A stretch of 55,818 bases of DNA from Deltaproteobacteria bacterium. Lineage in GTDB: Bacteria > Desulfobacterota > Dissulfuribacteria > Dissulfuribacterales > QOAL01. Made by a program: the position numbers and the translations under genes. The notes under the pieces were generated by a model. That model ran no database searches, was not told the DNA's origin, and saw only the letters and a program-made list of their open reading frames with translations. Shown here in pieces: positions 21,868 through 31,520 of this stretch (position 1 is the stretch's first letter; each line of letters starts with the position of its first letter). The stretch lies in NCBI GenBank assembly GCA_026991135.1, contig JALXCD010000095.1, forward strand, positions 1 through 55,818. Direction: 5' to 3'.

Positions 21868-23169
21868 GTGGCTATGAGAGAGCTATGTGAGACAGATTTT
21901 GAGGTCTTTCAGGCATTAAAGGCAGAAATTGATAGACAGACAGGGCAGCTCGAGATGATTGCCTCTGAAAATTTTGCAAGTGAGGCAGTCATGCAGGCAG
22001 AAGGAAGTGTATTTATGAATAAATATGCAGAGGGCTACCCTGGAAAAAGATACTATGGCGGCTGTGAAAACATGGATGTGGTTGAAGAGCTTGCCATAAA
22101 CAGGCTCAATATGCTCTTTGGCTCAGAATATGCCAATGTTCAGCCCCATTCTGGAAGTCAGGCAAATATGGCCGTCTATTTTGCAGTTCTCTCCCCCGGG
22201 GATACTATCCTTTCCATGGACCTTGCCCACGGAGGACATCTCTCTCATGGCGCATCAGTGAGTTTTTCAGGGCGTATTTTTAATGTGGCCCATTATGGAG
22301 TTGACAGAGAAACTGAAACCATTGACTTTGATCAGGTATTTGAACTTGCAAGGAAACACAGGCCCAAACTCATTGTTGCCGGTGCAAGCGCTTATCCTCG
22401 AACCATAGATTTTGCAACCTTTAAAATGGCTGCAGACGAAGTTGGGGCCTATTTAATGGTAGATATGGCCCATATTGCAGGGCTTGTTGCAGCAGGAATT
22501 CATCCTTCTCCTGTTCCCTTTGCAGATTTCATAACTTCCACTACCCATAAGACCCTTAGAGGGCCACGAGGTGGCTTTATCCTTTCAACAGAAAAGTTTT
22601 CAAGGCTTTTGAACAGTCAGATATTTCCTGGGATTCAAGGCGGTCCACTTATGCACGTAATTGCTGCAAAGGCAGTTGCCTTTAAGGAGGCCCTGGGGGA
22701 TGAATTCAAGTTCTACTGCCAGCAGGTGGTGGCAAACGCAGCCACCATTGCAAGGGTTTTAAAGGAAAGGGGTTTTCGCCTGGTATCAGGAGGCACTGAC
22801 AATCATCTCATCCTGGTGGATCTATCAGACAAGGGTCTTACTGGAAGGGATGCAGAAGATTTACTTGAAAGGGCAGGAATCACGGTAAATAAAAATGCCA
22901 TCCCCTTTGATAAAAAGCCTCCGAGGGTAACCAGTGGAATCAGGATAGGAACACCGGCCATAACCACAAGGGGCCTTAAGGAAAAGGATGTGGAAGAAGT
23001 TGCAAACTACATTTCAGACCTACTTTTAAAGCCAGATGATGATAATCTTGTCAGGGAGATAAGGAAGAAGATAAAGGCCATCTGCGAGGCACATCCCCTT
23101 TACACCTCCCGCCTTGAGCGATATAAAAAAAGTCTTGAAGAATGTGAAAAGCAAAGAATCCACAAATGA
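21868..23169 (+). CDS. glyA: Serine hydroxymethyltransferase
   Basis: [31 protein letters not shown]. Confidence 0.98.
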   Translation: MAMRELCETDFEVFQALKAEIDRQTGQLEMIASENFASEAVMQAEGSVFMNKYAEGYPGKRYYGGCENMDVVEELAINRLNMLFGSEYANVQPHSGSQANMAVYFAVLSPGDTILSMDLAHGGHLSHGASVSFSGRIFNVAHYGVDRETETIDFDQVFELARKHRPKLIVAGASAYPRTIDFATFKMAADEVGAYLMVDMAHIAGLVAAGIHPSPVPFADFITSTTHKTLRGPRGGFILSTEKFSRLLNSQIFPGIQGGPLMHVIAAKAVAFKEALGDEFKFYCQQVVANAATIARVLKERGFRLVSGGTDNHLILVDLSDKGLTGRDAEDLLERAGITVNKNAIPFDKKPPRVTSGIRIGTPAITTRGLKEKDVEEVANYISDLLLKPDDDNLVREIRKKIKAICEAHPLYTSRLERYKKSLEECEKQRIHK

Positions 23170-23641
23170 AAATCTTGAGCCCTTGAATGAAGGAGATGGA
23201 AGGCCAAGCTGGCACGAGTATTTCATGTCCATTGCACGGCTTGTGGCCACCCGCTCCACCTGTCTAAGGAGAAAAGTGGGTGCAATCCTTGTAAAGGACA
23301 AACGCATCCTTTGCACAGGTTATAATGGTGCGCCAGCAGGATTGAAGCACTGCCTTGAAATTGGCTGTCTAAGGGAAAAACTTGGCATAAAAAGCGGACA
23401 GAGGCATGAGCTTTGTCGTGCTCTCCATGCAGAGCAAAATGTCCTGATACAGGCAGCCTATCATGGTATTGCAGTTTCTGGCTCGGTTCTTTATTGCACT
23501 AATCTTCCGTGCTCCATCTGTACCAAAATGATAATAAATGCAGGTATTAAAAGGATATATTATGAAGAAGGGTATCCCGATGATCTTTCCAGAAAGATGT
23601 TGGAAGAAGCTCAAATTGAACTTGTGAAACTTTCTCTATGA
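23114..23641 (+). CDS. dCMP deaminase family protein (ComEB-like); true start probably downstream of 23114
   Basis: [24 protein letters not shown] and PCxxC zinc motif. Confidence 0.9.
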   Translation: MSDIKKVLKNVKSKESTNENLEPLNEGDGRPSWHEYFMSIARLVATRSTCLRRKVGAILVKDKRILCTGYNGAPAGLKHCLEIGCLREKLGIKSGQRHELCRALHAEQNVLIQAAYHGIAVSGSVLYCTNLPCSICTKMIINAGIKRIYYEEGYPDDLSRKMLEEAQIELVKLSL

Positions 23642-23703
23642 CCCTTTTTACTTTTTCAAAGACAAATAAGGCCCTTCAAAATTAAAGTCTCAAAAGGTAG
23701 GAA

Positions 23704-24825
23704 GTGTCCTTTTTTGAAAGCAGAAAGAGCTGGGTTACCATTGATCTTTCAGCAATCACGAAGAACCTTTCCTTAATAAAAAAAAGGGTAAATAGGGCAA
23801 GGGTCATGCCCGTGGTCAAGTCAGATGCCTACGGGCATGGCCTCATAGAGGTTTCAAGAGCCTTGTTGAAGGAAGGCATCTGGGGCCTTGGGATTTACGA
23901 AATTGAAGAGGCAGCCCTTTTGAGGGAAAATGGGATTGACTGTCCCATCTTTCTTCTTTCTGGCCTTCTAGGTGATGATCCAAGGCGCGCCCTTGAGCTT
24001 GATTTAACTGTGGGCGTAGTAAAACAAGTCGAGCTTTATGAAATCAACGAGGCATCTAAAGCAATTGGTAAGATTTCAAAGGTGCACTTAAAGGTTGATA
24101 CGGGTATGTCCCGGTTTGGCCTTGATCCTCGAGAACTTTTAAAGATAGTTTCAGAAAGAGAAAAATTCAAAAGTATTGAAATAGAAGGGATATATTCCCA
24201 TCTTTCTTCTTCTGATGATCCAAACGATACTGAAAATCTGTCCCAAATTGTACTTTTTGAGGAAATACTGAAGGAAATAAAGGGACTTGGCCTTTCCCCG
24301 CAGTACATTCATCTGGCAAATTCGGGTGGAATTTTTAATTTCACTCAGTCAATCTTTAACCTTGTTCGACCTGGGATCTCCCTTTACGGAGCCTATTCCC
24401 GGAAGGGTAAATTGCTTCCTGAAAAGGGTCTCTTGCCTGCTCTTAGGTTTTGGAGCAAGGTGGTTGAAGTAAAGGAAATCGGGCCGGGAAGAGGTCTTAG
24501 TTATGGACACAGCTTCATAACTAAGGGTAGTATGCGGATTGCAATAATACCTGTTGGGTATGACAATGGGTATCCACGGGCACTTTCAAACAGGGCACAC
24601 GTGGTTATAAACGGGAAGAGGTGTCCGATAGTAGGAACCATTTGCATGAAGACCATGCTCGTGGACGTGACAGAATTAAAAAAGTGTCAACCAGGAGATG
24701 ATGTGTTATTGATAGGAAGTCCTGAAGAAGGTATTACAGTTACTGAGCTTTCAAAGGCCGCATCAACTATAAGCTATGAACTCCTCTGTCTCATAGGAAA
24801 GCTTAACAGGAGAAATTTTATTTAA
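23704..24825 (+). CDS. alr: Alanine racemase
   Basis: VVKSDAYGHG (PLP Lys), KVDTGMSRFG, HLANSG, RPGI, SYG. Confidence 0.95.
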   Translation: MSFFESRKSWVTIDLSAITKNLSLIKKRVNRARVMPVVKSDAYGHGLIEVSRALLKEGIWGLGIYEIEEAALLRENGIDCPIFLLSGLLGDDPRRALELDLTVGVVKQVELYEINEASKAIGKISKVHLKVDTGMSRFGLDPRELLKIVSEREKFKSIEIEGIYSHLSSSDDPNDTENLSQIVLFEEILKEIKGLGLSPQYIHLANSGGIFNFTQSIFNLVRPGISLYGAYSRKGKLLPEKGLLPALRFWSKVVEVKEIGPGRGLSYGHSFITKGSMRIAIIPVGYDNGYPRALSNRAHVVINGKRCPIVGTICMKTMLVDVTELKKCQPGDDVLLIGSPEEGITVTELSKAASTISYELLCLIGKLNRRNFI

Positions 24826-24828
24826 AAC

Positions 24829-25191
24829 ATGTTTGGCATCGGGCTTCCAGAATTAATAGTCATATTGGTTCTTGCACTTATAGTCCTTGGGCCTGAAAAA
24901 TTGCCTCAAGTGGCAAAACAGGTCGCTCGCTTTATAAATGACCTTAAAAGGGCAACAGATGAATTTAAAAAAGAGCTTGATCTAGATAAGCTGGACGATA
25001 TCAAAAATCCAGTTAAGCTTGAAAATCTTTTGGGTGAAGAGCTCAAAGACTTAAAGGATATCAAGAAAGACCTTTCCCCACCTGACTTTTTAAAGGATTC
25101 CACTTCATCCCAGGGAGAACTTTTAGGAGGCCTGGGCTCTGAATGGAAAGAGGCCAAGGGACCTTCCAAAAAAGAGGGAAATGGAAACTAG
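24829..25191 (+). CDS. tatB: Twin-arginine translocase TatB/TatA family subunit
   Basis: MFGIGLPEL, then a TM helix, then GPEKLP. Confidence 0.88.
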   Translation: MFGIGLPELIVILVLALIVLGPEKLPQVAKQVARFINDLKRATDEFKKELDLDKLDDIKNPVKLENLLGEELKDLKDIKKDLSPPDFLKDSTSSQGELLGGLGSEWKEAKGPSKKEGNGN

Positions 25192-25879
25192 GCCCTATAC
25201 CCTGAACGACCATTTAAGCGAACTTAGGCAGAGGATCATAAGGTGCGTAATATTCTTTGTTATTTCCTTTGCATTGAGCTACGCCCTTTCAGATTACCTG
25301 ATATCCCTTTTATTTTTCCCAGTAAAAGAAAGCCTTCCCTCAGGAAGCACTATGGTTTTTACGGCCCTGACAGAGGGTTTTATGGCCTATTTGAAGGTGG
25401 CCTTTTGGAGTGCAGTGGTCATCACCGCCCCCTTTTTTATCTATCAGGCATGGCGTTTTTTGCTCCCTGCCCTCTATGATAAAGAGATAAGGGCACTTAG
25501 AAAGATAATCTTTTTAAGCGGTCTCTTATTTATTTTTGGCGCTGTATTTGGCTACTGGATAATACTTCCAACAATCCTTTCAATAAGCCTAGGATATTCC
25601 TCAGAAACCCTTAAGGCACTTCCCCGTCTTCAAAACTACCTTGTCTTCACTCTTAAAAGTATATTTCTTTTTGGGATAATATTTGAGATTCCTTTTCTCA
25701 TGGCGGGGATTTCAAGGCTAGGCCTTATTTCAGAGGGCTATTTCAAAAAAAATAGAAAGTATGCCTATATCCTTATCTTTTTAACCTCTGCCGTTCTTGT
25801 CCCTTCTGACATATTTTCCCAGATCCTTCTATTTGTCCCCATGGTGGTAGTCTATGAGATAGGGAGTCTTCTTTCCTAG
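25181..25879 (+). CDS. tatC: Twin-arginine translocase TatC (copy 2)
   Basis: HLSELRQR, YQAWRFLLPALY, FEIP, RKYA, PSD; overlaps tatB. Confidence 0.9.
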   Translation: METRPYTLNDHLSELRQRIIRCVIFFVISFALSYALSDYLISLLFFPVKESLPSGSTMVFTALTEGFMAYLKVAFWSAVVITAPFFIYQAWRFLLPALYDKEIRALRKIIFLSGLLFIFGAVFGYWIILPTILSISLGYSSETLKALPRLQNYLVFTLKSIFLFGIIFEIPFLMAGISRLGLISEGYFKKNRKYAYILIFLTSAVLVPSDIFSQILLFVPMVVVYEIGSLLS

Positions 25880-26036
25880 GTCTTTCTGAGAAAACTTAAT
25901 TTTCCCAATAAAAAATAGGAAATTTTTGTCCTTTTATTTTGGGTCGGTCGTTCAAGGGTTTCTGATTATTACATTCAAAATTTGTCGTACCAATTCCTAT
26001 TTCAAAAGAAATAATTTTAGTGTTTTCTAAAAATCG

Positions 26037-26089
26037 TGTGAAAAAACTCATTTTCACAAAATAACTGAATTTAATGATAAATATCACAA
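26037..26089. promoter_or_regulatory. Inverted repeat and CRP/Rex-like site upstream of the respiratory operon
   Basis: TGTGAAAA-N6-TTTTCACA (26037-26058, perfect 8-bp arms) and AATGA-N6-TCACA (26073-26088). Confidence 0.4.
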
Positions 26090-26245
26090 AATACTTAGTG
26101 AATTCTTTATTTTATTGCATTTTTTGCATTTTTTTATTACATAACAAACTAATAAAAAATTAGAATAATAAATGTTTTCACATAAGCAACATGAATATGT
26201 TTTTGGATCTAAAATGGCCAAAATAGTCAAAAAGGAGATTTAGGC

Positions 26246-28330
26246 ATGACTAGTTCCACTTACAGCATTTGTGGCATGTGTGCAGTTCGCTGCCCCATCC
26301 GGGTCGAGGTAAGGGACGGCGAAGTAACCTGGATCGAGGGGAATTCAAATGATCCAGGTATGGGGACAAGCCTTTGTGCAAAGGGGATAGCGGGAAGGGC
26401 CCTTCTTTACGACCATGAAAGGCTCCAGTATCCCATGATAAGGGATGGTGAAAGGGGATCGGGTAAATGGAAGCAGGTCTCCTGGGATGAAGCCTATGAT
26501 TATATAACGTCTAAGTTAAAAGATATTATGGCCAAACATGGTGGCAAGGCAATAATGTTGAGTGACAGGGGTGGCCCCTTTGCCGATATGAGGAAGGCAT
26601 TTTTAAAGGCCCTAGGATCTCCAAACTACTGTAACCATGACTGCACTTGCGGCAGAAATACCCACCATGCTTCAAAATCTGTCTATGGACTGGGAAGGAC
26701 CGGCCTTGGCTATGATTTTAAAAATGCCAAACATATTGTCCTTTTTGGAAGGAATATGGTTGAGTCTTTTAAGGTCAAGGAAGTAAAGGCCTTCATGCAG
26801 GCAGTCAAAAATGGGGCCAAGGTCACATACATTGATCCAAGGGCTGCCCTTACCGCATCAAAATCCACAAGATACTGGCAGATAAGACCGGGAACGGACT
26901 ATGCCCTTCTTCTTTCCATGGTAAATGTCATCCTCAAAAGAGGCCTTTATGATAAGCAGTTCGTTAAAAAGTACGTAACAGGTCTTTCCGAGCTTAACAA
27001 GTTCATATCCGGTTACACGCCAAAATGGGCCGAGAAAGAAACTGGTATCCCAGCAGACGAAATCGTTCAGTTCTGTAAGGAAGTATCTGCCGATAAGCCC
27101 CATGTTATCTTTCATCCAGGCTGGCATCTTTCAAGATATACGGACTCCTTTTACGCAAGCAGGATGATTCATATCCTTAACTGCCTTATGGGTAATATAG
27201 AGGTCCCGGGGGGCCAATTTTTCCCAAAGACACCAAAGGATGCCGGCTATAAAGGGCTTAAAAGCCTTGGAGCAGATATTCCAAAGGTTGATGAAAAAAG
27301 GGCTGATGGCTGCGGATGGAAATACAAGAGATTTGACGGGGGGCCGGGCCTTTTGCAACTTATGTATGAAGTAATAGATACGGGTGAACCCTATCCGGTC
27401 AAGGCCTATTTCATTGTAAGGCATGATCCCCTTTTGGCCATGCCTGATCCAGAAGAGCAAAAGCGCATTTTGAACAAACTAGATCTTATTGTGGTGGTGG
27501 ATGTCAATTACAGCGAAAGCTTTGGCTTTGCCGATGTGGTTCTGCCTGAAAGCACCTATCTTGAACGGGACACCATAATGAGGACGGACAAGGGCTTAAA
27601 GCCAGGTTTCAGCCGCAGGAAAAAGGCAATAGAGCCAATTTATGACACAAAAGCAGGCTGGCAGATATGGACCGAACTGGCTCAGCGGCTTGGAAAGGGA
27701 GAGTATTTTCCCTATAAATCCATTGAGGATATCTGGAATTATCAGCTTCAAGATACCGGACTAAAAATTGAGGACTTTGAGGAAAAGGGCTTTGTTCAGC
27801 TTTCATCAAAACCCATCTGGTATGACCGGGATAAGTTAAAATTTCCTACAGAATCAGGGAAAATAGAATTTGTTTCCAAGAAGTTTGAAGAAGAAGGCAT
27901 CCCTTCCTTTAAGCCATACGAACCCCCAAAAAAGCCTTCTGAAGGCGAATTCAGGCTTCTTTTTGGAAGAACCGGGTACCAGACACACGGCCAGACCACC
28001 AACAATCCAATAATTTCTGAACTGATGGGCACAAACTGTCTCTGGATAAACAAAGAGGCAGCAGAAAGGCTCGGAATCAGTGACGGCCAGGAGGTCGAAT
28101 TGGTCAATAATGGAATATCCGGAAAGATTACGGCGAGACTTACCGATTTTATCCACCCAGAAGCAGTTTTCATGCTCCATGGGTATGGACGAACCATCCC
28201 ATTTCAAACAAGGGCATACAAGAAAGGCCTGGCCGATCAGGCCTTTATGAAGGGCCTTTTAAAGGTGTGGGACAAGGCAGGCGGCAGCATTGCCCTTTGT
28301 GAATCCTTTGTGAAAGTGATGCCTGCATAA
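26246..28330 (+). CDS. Cytoplasmic Mo/W-bisPGD oxidoreductase catalytic subunit (PsrA/PhsA-like)
   Basis: N-terminal CGMCAVRC...LCAKG Fe-S motif beginning at residue 9; no twin-arginine leader; NHDCTC ligand region; ADVVLPESTYLER; AAGGAG RBS. Confidence 0.88.
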   Translation: MTSSTYSICGMCAVRCPIRVEVRDGEVTWIEGNSNDPGMGTSLCAKGIAGRALLYDHERLQYPMIRDGERGSGKWKQVSWDEAYDYITSKLKDIMAKHGGKAIMLSDRGGPFADMRKAFLKALGSPNYCNHDCTCGRNTHHASKSVYGLGRTGLGYDFKNAKHIVLFGRNMVESFKVKEVKAFMQAVKNGAKVTYIDPRAALTASKSTRYWQIRPGTDYALLLSMVNVILKRGLYDKQFVKKYVTGLSELNKFISGYTPKWAEKETGIPADEIVQFCKEVSADKPHVIFHPGWHLSRYTDSFYASRMIHILNCLMGNIEVPGGQFFPKTPKDAGYKGLKSLGADIPKVDEKRADGCGWKYKRFDGGPGLLQLMYEVIDTGEPYPVKAYFIVRHDPLLAMPDPEEQKRILNKLDLIVVVDVNYSESFGFADVVLPESTYLERDTIMRTDKGLKPGFSRRKKAIEPIYDTKAGWQIWTELAQRLGKGEYFPYKSIEDIWNYQLQDTGLKIEDFEEKGFVQLSSKPIWYDRDKLKFPTESGKIEFVSKKFEEEGIPSFKPYEPPKKPSEGEFRLLFGRTGYQTHGQTTNNPIISELMGTNCLWINKEAAERLGISDGQEVELVNNGISGKITARLTDFIHPEAVFMLHGYGRTIPFQTRAYKKGLADQAFMKGLLKVWDKAGGSIALCESFVKVMPA

Positions 28331-28344
28331 GGGAGGAATGAACA

Positions 28345-28848
28345 ATGAGTAACTATTTTGTAGAACAAGATTTGACCCTTTGCATAGGCTGCCTGGCATG
28401 TGAAGCAGCCTGTAAGGATAAAAACTCCGTTCCTGAAGGGGCCTTTTACTGCAAAATGATCCCCGTTGGCCCCAGAATGATCGGGAACATACCGGTGGTC
28501 CAGCACGTCTATATGGCCTGTTTTCACTGCGAAAGGCCCTGGTGCGTGGATGCCTGCCCGACCGGGGCCATGCAAAGGCGCCCAGAAGACGGAATAGTCT
28601 TTGTTGAGGAAGACCTTTGTGTCGGCTGCAAGGCCTGCATGAAGGCATGTCCCTGGGGAGTTCCTCAGTGGAACGCGGACACAGGAAAGGTAGGCAAGTG
28701 CGACCTTTGCAAGGACCGCGTTGACCAAGGACTTTCTCCGGCCTGTGTCACCAAATGCACAACCGGGGCCCTCAAGTTCGTGACTCCCGGGGAAGCATCT
28801 CTAAAACGGCGCAAGGAGTTTGCAGAAGAAATGGTCAAGGGGGCATAG
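28345..28848 (+). CDS. 4x[4Fe-4S] electron-transfer subunit (PsrB/DmsB/NrfC-like)
   Basis: CIGCLACEAAC, CFHCERPWCVDAC, CVGCKACMKAC, CDLC...PACVTKC. Confidence 0.92.
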   Translation: MSNYFVEQDLTLCIGCLACEAACKDKNSVPEGAFYCKMIPVGPRMIGNIPVVQHVYMACFHCERPWCVDACPTGAMQRRPEDGIVFVEEDLCVGCKACMKACPWGVPQWNADTGKVGKCDLCKDRVDQGLSPACVTKCTTGALKFVTPGEASLKRRKEFAEEMVKGA

Positions 28849-28856
28849 GAAGCATC

Positions 28857-29234
28857 ATGAGGCCAGGAACCTACATCCCCACAGACTATTTACCCGTGCT
28901 AATAATGCTGATTTTTGCCACTGGCTTTGGGGCTGTGACCCTGTGGATCGGGCGATTCTTCAGGCTTTCAAGGCCCTATAGGGAAAAACTTGTTGCTTAT
29001 GAATCCGGCAACCCCCCAACCAAGGCCCCCAGGTTCAGGTTTTCAATCAAGTTCTATCTCATAGCCATATTGTTCGTGGTCTTTGATGTTGAGGCCATAT
29101 TTCTCTATCCGTGGGCCTTGGTCTATGACAGGATAGGACTTTTTGCCGTCATCGAGATGTTTCTTTTCATTTTCCTGTTGCTGGTTGGTTACCTTTATGC
29201 ATGGAGAAAGGAGGCCCTGGAGTGGGAAGACTAA
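28857..29234 (+). CDS. nuoA: Complex I subunit A
   Basis: YESG loop, FYLIAILFVVFDVEAIFLYPW, ALEW. ATG 28857 is 8 nt after the Fe-S subunit stop. Confidence 0.95.
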   Translation: MRPGTYIPTDYLPVLIMLIFATGFGAVTLWIGRFFRLSRPYREKLVAYESGNPPTKAPRFRFSIKFYLIAILFVVFDVEAIFLYPWALVYDRIGLFAVIEMFLFIFLLLVGYLYAWRKEALEWED

Positions 29235-29743
29235 CTACTTCTGACCTTGTAAAGGTCGGCCCCGGGCTCAAGGTAATTCCTGGGGCAAATACGCTGCTGG
29301 TCAGTCTTAACAGGATTGTAAACTGGTCAAGGGCAGGCTCTATCTGGCCTGTAACCTTTGGCCTTGCCTGATGTGCCATAGAGATGATGGCTGCTGGAAG
29401 CAGCCACCACGACCTAGACCGTTTCGGAATAATCTTCAGGGCCAGTCCGAGACAGGCAGATGCCATGATAGTTGCCGGAACGGTCACTCAGAAAATGGCC
29501 CCTGTTGTAAGGCGGGTCTATGATCAGATGCCTGAGCCAAGATATGTGATAGCAATGGGCAGTTGCGCATGTTCTGGCGGGGTGTTCAGGACCTATCATA
29601 CAGTTCAGGGGGCCGATGACTTTATCCCTGTGGATATCTATGTGCCGGGTTGCCCGCCAAGGCCAGAGGCGCTTCTTGAAGGGTTTATCCGGCTTCAGGA
29701 AAAGATAAACAAGGAGGAGTTGCGGTGGAGCCGTTGGAGATAG
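29222..29743 (+). CDS. nuoB: Complex I subunit B with in-frame TGA (codon 50), probable selenocysteine
   Basis: AAGGAGG (29208-29214) then GTG 29222. Frame reads ...[19 protein letters not shown](29369-29371)-CAIEMM..., canonical GLACCAIE. GSCA and VPGCPPRPE are intact downstream. Confidence 0.88.
29388..29406 (+). promoter_or_regulatory. Putative bacterial SECIS hairpin in nuoB
   Basis: TGGCTGCT-GGA-AGCAGCCA: perfect 8-bp stem starting after a 16-nt spacer from the UGA, with a G-first apical loop 25 nt from the UGA. Confidence 0.75.
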
Positions 29744-30315
29744 CAGAGCTTTTAAAACAAAGGTTTCCAGGTCAGGTTATTGAAATAAAAGAATTTCGAG
29801 ATCAGGTGGGAGTCCTGCTGAAAAAGGGTCAGATACTGGATATTTGCAGATGGCTGCATGATGATTCAAGGCTCCAGTTCAATCACCTGGCTGATCTTTG
29901 TGGCGTGGATTACCTGGGGAAAAGGGACTGCCGATTTGAGGTAGTCTATAACCTCTATTCCATCCCCTTGAGACATTGGATTCGCCTTAGGGCCCAGGTT
30001 CCAGAAGAAGACTGCAAGATTGATTCGGTCACCTCCATCTGGATGGGTGCAAACTGGCATGAAAGGGAGTGCTACGACCTTTTTGGTATAGAGTTTATTG
30101 GCCATCCAGACCTTAAAAGGATATTGCTGCCCGAAGGCTGGGAAGGCCATCCCCTTAGAAAGGACTATCCGCTGGATGGAGGTGGAAAGAACTGGTCAGG
30201 GTACGAAGAAATTCGTAACAAGACCAAAGACCTTAGACAGTATGATTTTTACGGGAATTATCCTGACCCAACCAAGGTAAACGAGTTGAAAGATGTTGAA
30301 GGAAAAGATGGATAG
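29725..30315 (+). CDS. nuoC: Complex I subunit C
   Basis: [38 protein letters not shown]. Confidence 0.95.
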   Translation: MEPLEIAELLKQRFPGQVIEIKEFRDQVGVLLKKGQILDICRWLHDDSRLQFNHLADLCGVDYLGKRDCRFEVVYNLYSIPLRHWIRLRAQVPEEDCKIDSVTSIWMGANWHERECYDLFGIEFIGHPDLKRILLPEGWEGHPLRKDYPLDGGGKNWSGYEEIRNKTKDLRQYDFYGNYPDPTKVNELKDVEGKDG

Positions 30316-31507
30316 TAACGAGAGTGCTGCCAGGGCCTTTGAGCCCTACGAAATCCAGATGGGTCCACAGCACCCTGCAACCCACGGAGTGCTCAAGCTG
30401 GACCTCGAACTTGATGGAGAGACCGTGATCGGTTGCAAGCCCACGGTTGGTTTTTTGCACAGGGGAGTGGAAAAGCTTTCTGAAAACCTGACCTATGCCC
30501 AGACACTGCCCCTGACCGACAGGCTCGACTACATCGCTTCCATGGCCAACAATGTAGTTTACAGCAATGCCGTTGAAACGCTTCTCGGGATAGAAGTGCC
30601 TGAGCGGGCAAAATTCATTCGCACCATGGTCATGGAAATGGCAAGGATCACAGGACATCTCCTGTGGCTTGCAACACACGCACTGGACATCGGCGCCATG
30701 ACTGTTTTCCTCTATTGCTTCAGGGAAAGGGAACAGCTTCTGGACCTTTTTGAAGAGGTATGCGGGGCACGTCTTACCACGTCATATACCTGCATCGGAG
30801 GGGTGCGCCAGGATGTTACGGGCCACTTTCTGGAAACCCTCCATAAATTTACGGAAGAGTTTCCATCAAGGGTCAGGGAGTATGAAACCCTGATTGACCA
30901 GAATCGAATATGGCTTAAAAGGACCCAGGGGGTTGGGATTGTATCTGCGGAGGATGCTGTAAGCCTTGGACTTACAGGTCCGTCTTTAAGGGCATCTGGA
31001 GTTGATTATGACGTAAGAAAACACCTTCCCTTTGATGCCTATTCGGAAGTGGAATTTGAGGTCCCAATAGGGAAACGGGGCGATGTTTATGACAGATACC
31101 GGTGCAGGATGGAGGAACTGCTCCAGTCAAACGGCATAATCAGGCAGTGCATTGAGAAACTTCCTCCTGGACCCATAAAGGCCGACGACGCACCAGATCT
31201 GGTTATGCCCCTTAGCAAAAAATGTGTTTTGGCAGACGCAACCTTGACAAGCGGAGTCATAAAATTGGTCGAAGACCGTAAACACTATATGGAAGGGGAT
31301 GTCTATGTCTCCGGGGAATGTCCAAAGGGAGAACTGGGCTTTTATTTTGTGAGTGACGGGAAGGGAAGGCCCTACAGGATGCATATCAGATCGCCCTCCT
31401 ATATCCATATCGGGGCCTTGCCTTTTCTTTGTAAGGGTCAGATGGTGGCAGACGTTATTGCCATCATAGGAAGCCTAGACGTGGTTCTCGGAGAATGTGA
31501 CAGGTAA
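30308..31507 (+). CDS. nuoD: Complex I subunit D (start 30293 or 30308)
   Basis: [24 protein letters not shown]-terminal [11 protein letters not shown]; no NiFe CxxC motifs. Confidence 0.96.
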   Translation: MDSNESAARAFEPYEIQMGPQHPATHGVLKLDLELDGETVIGCKPTVGFLHRGVEKLSENLTYAQTLPLTDRLDYIASMANNVVYSNAVETLLGIEVPERAKFIRTMVMEMARITGHLLWLATHALDIGAMTVFLYCFREREQLLDLFEEVCGARLTTSYTCIGGVRQDVTGHFLETLHKFTEEFPSRVREYETLIDQNRIWLKRTQGVGIVSAEDAVSLGLTGPSLRASGVDYDVRKHLPFDAYSEVEFEVPIGKRGDVYDRYRCRMEELLQSNGIIRQCIEKLPPGPIKADDAPDLVMPLSKKCVLADATLTSGVIKLVEDRKHYMEGDVYVSGECPKGELGFYFVSDGKGRPYRMHIRSPSYIHIGALPFLCKGQMVADVIAIIGSLDVVLGECDR

Positions 31508-31520
31508 TGGTGAGGGATAG

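Noticed and set aside
25896-26087. 63-aa minus-strand ORF in the intergenic region (similarly 42461..42661 and 41709..41894)
   Set aside because: Low-complexity AT-rich translations without RBS or motifs; better explained as regulatory DNA or antisense to real genes.
26246-28330. Selenocysteine formate dehydrogenase or NuoG
   Set aside because: No in-frame TGA, no Fdh-type C/U-H active-site motif (it has HDCTCG), and none of the N-terminal [2Fe-2S]/[4Fe-4S] domains of NuoG.
28755-28856. N-terminal extension of nuoA in the ORF track
   Set aside because: Overlaps the Fe-S subunit gene; ATG 28857 gives a normal-length NuoA.
29369-29371. nuoB as a nonsense pseudogene, or NuoB starting at 29384
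   Set aside because: The stop falls exactly on a conserved Cys with a SECIS-like hairpin behind it, the other 12 genes are intact, and a start at 29384 would delete two N2 ligands. Not formally excluded without reads.
29222-31507. Group 4 [NiFe]-hydrogenase or formate hydrogenlyase interpretation
   Set aside because: The large subunit lacks both Ni-binding CxxC motifs and has complex I quinone-site residues; nuoA, J and K are present.
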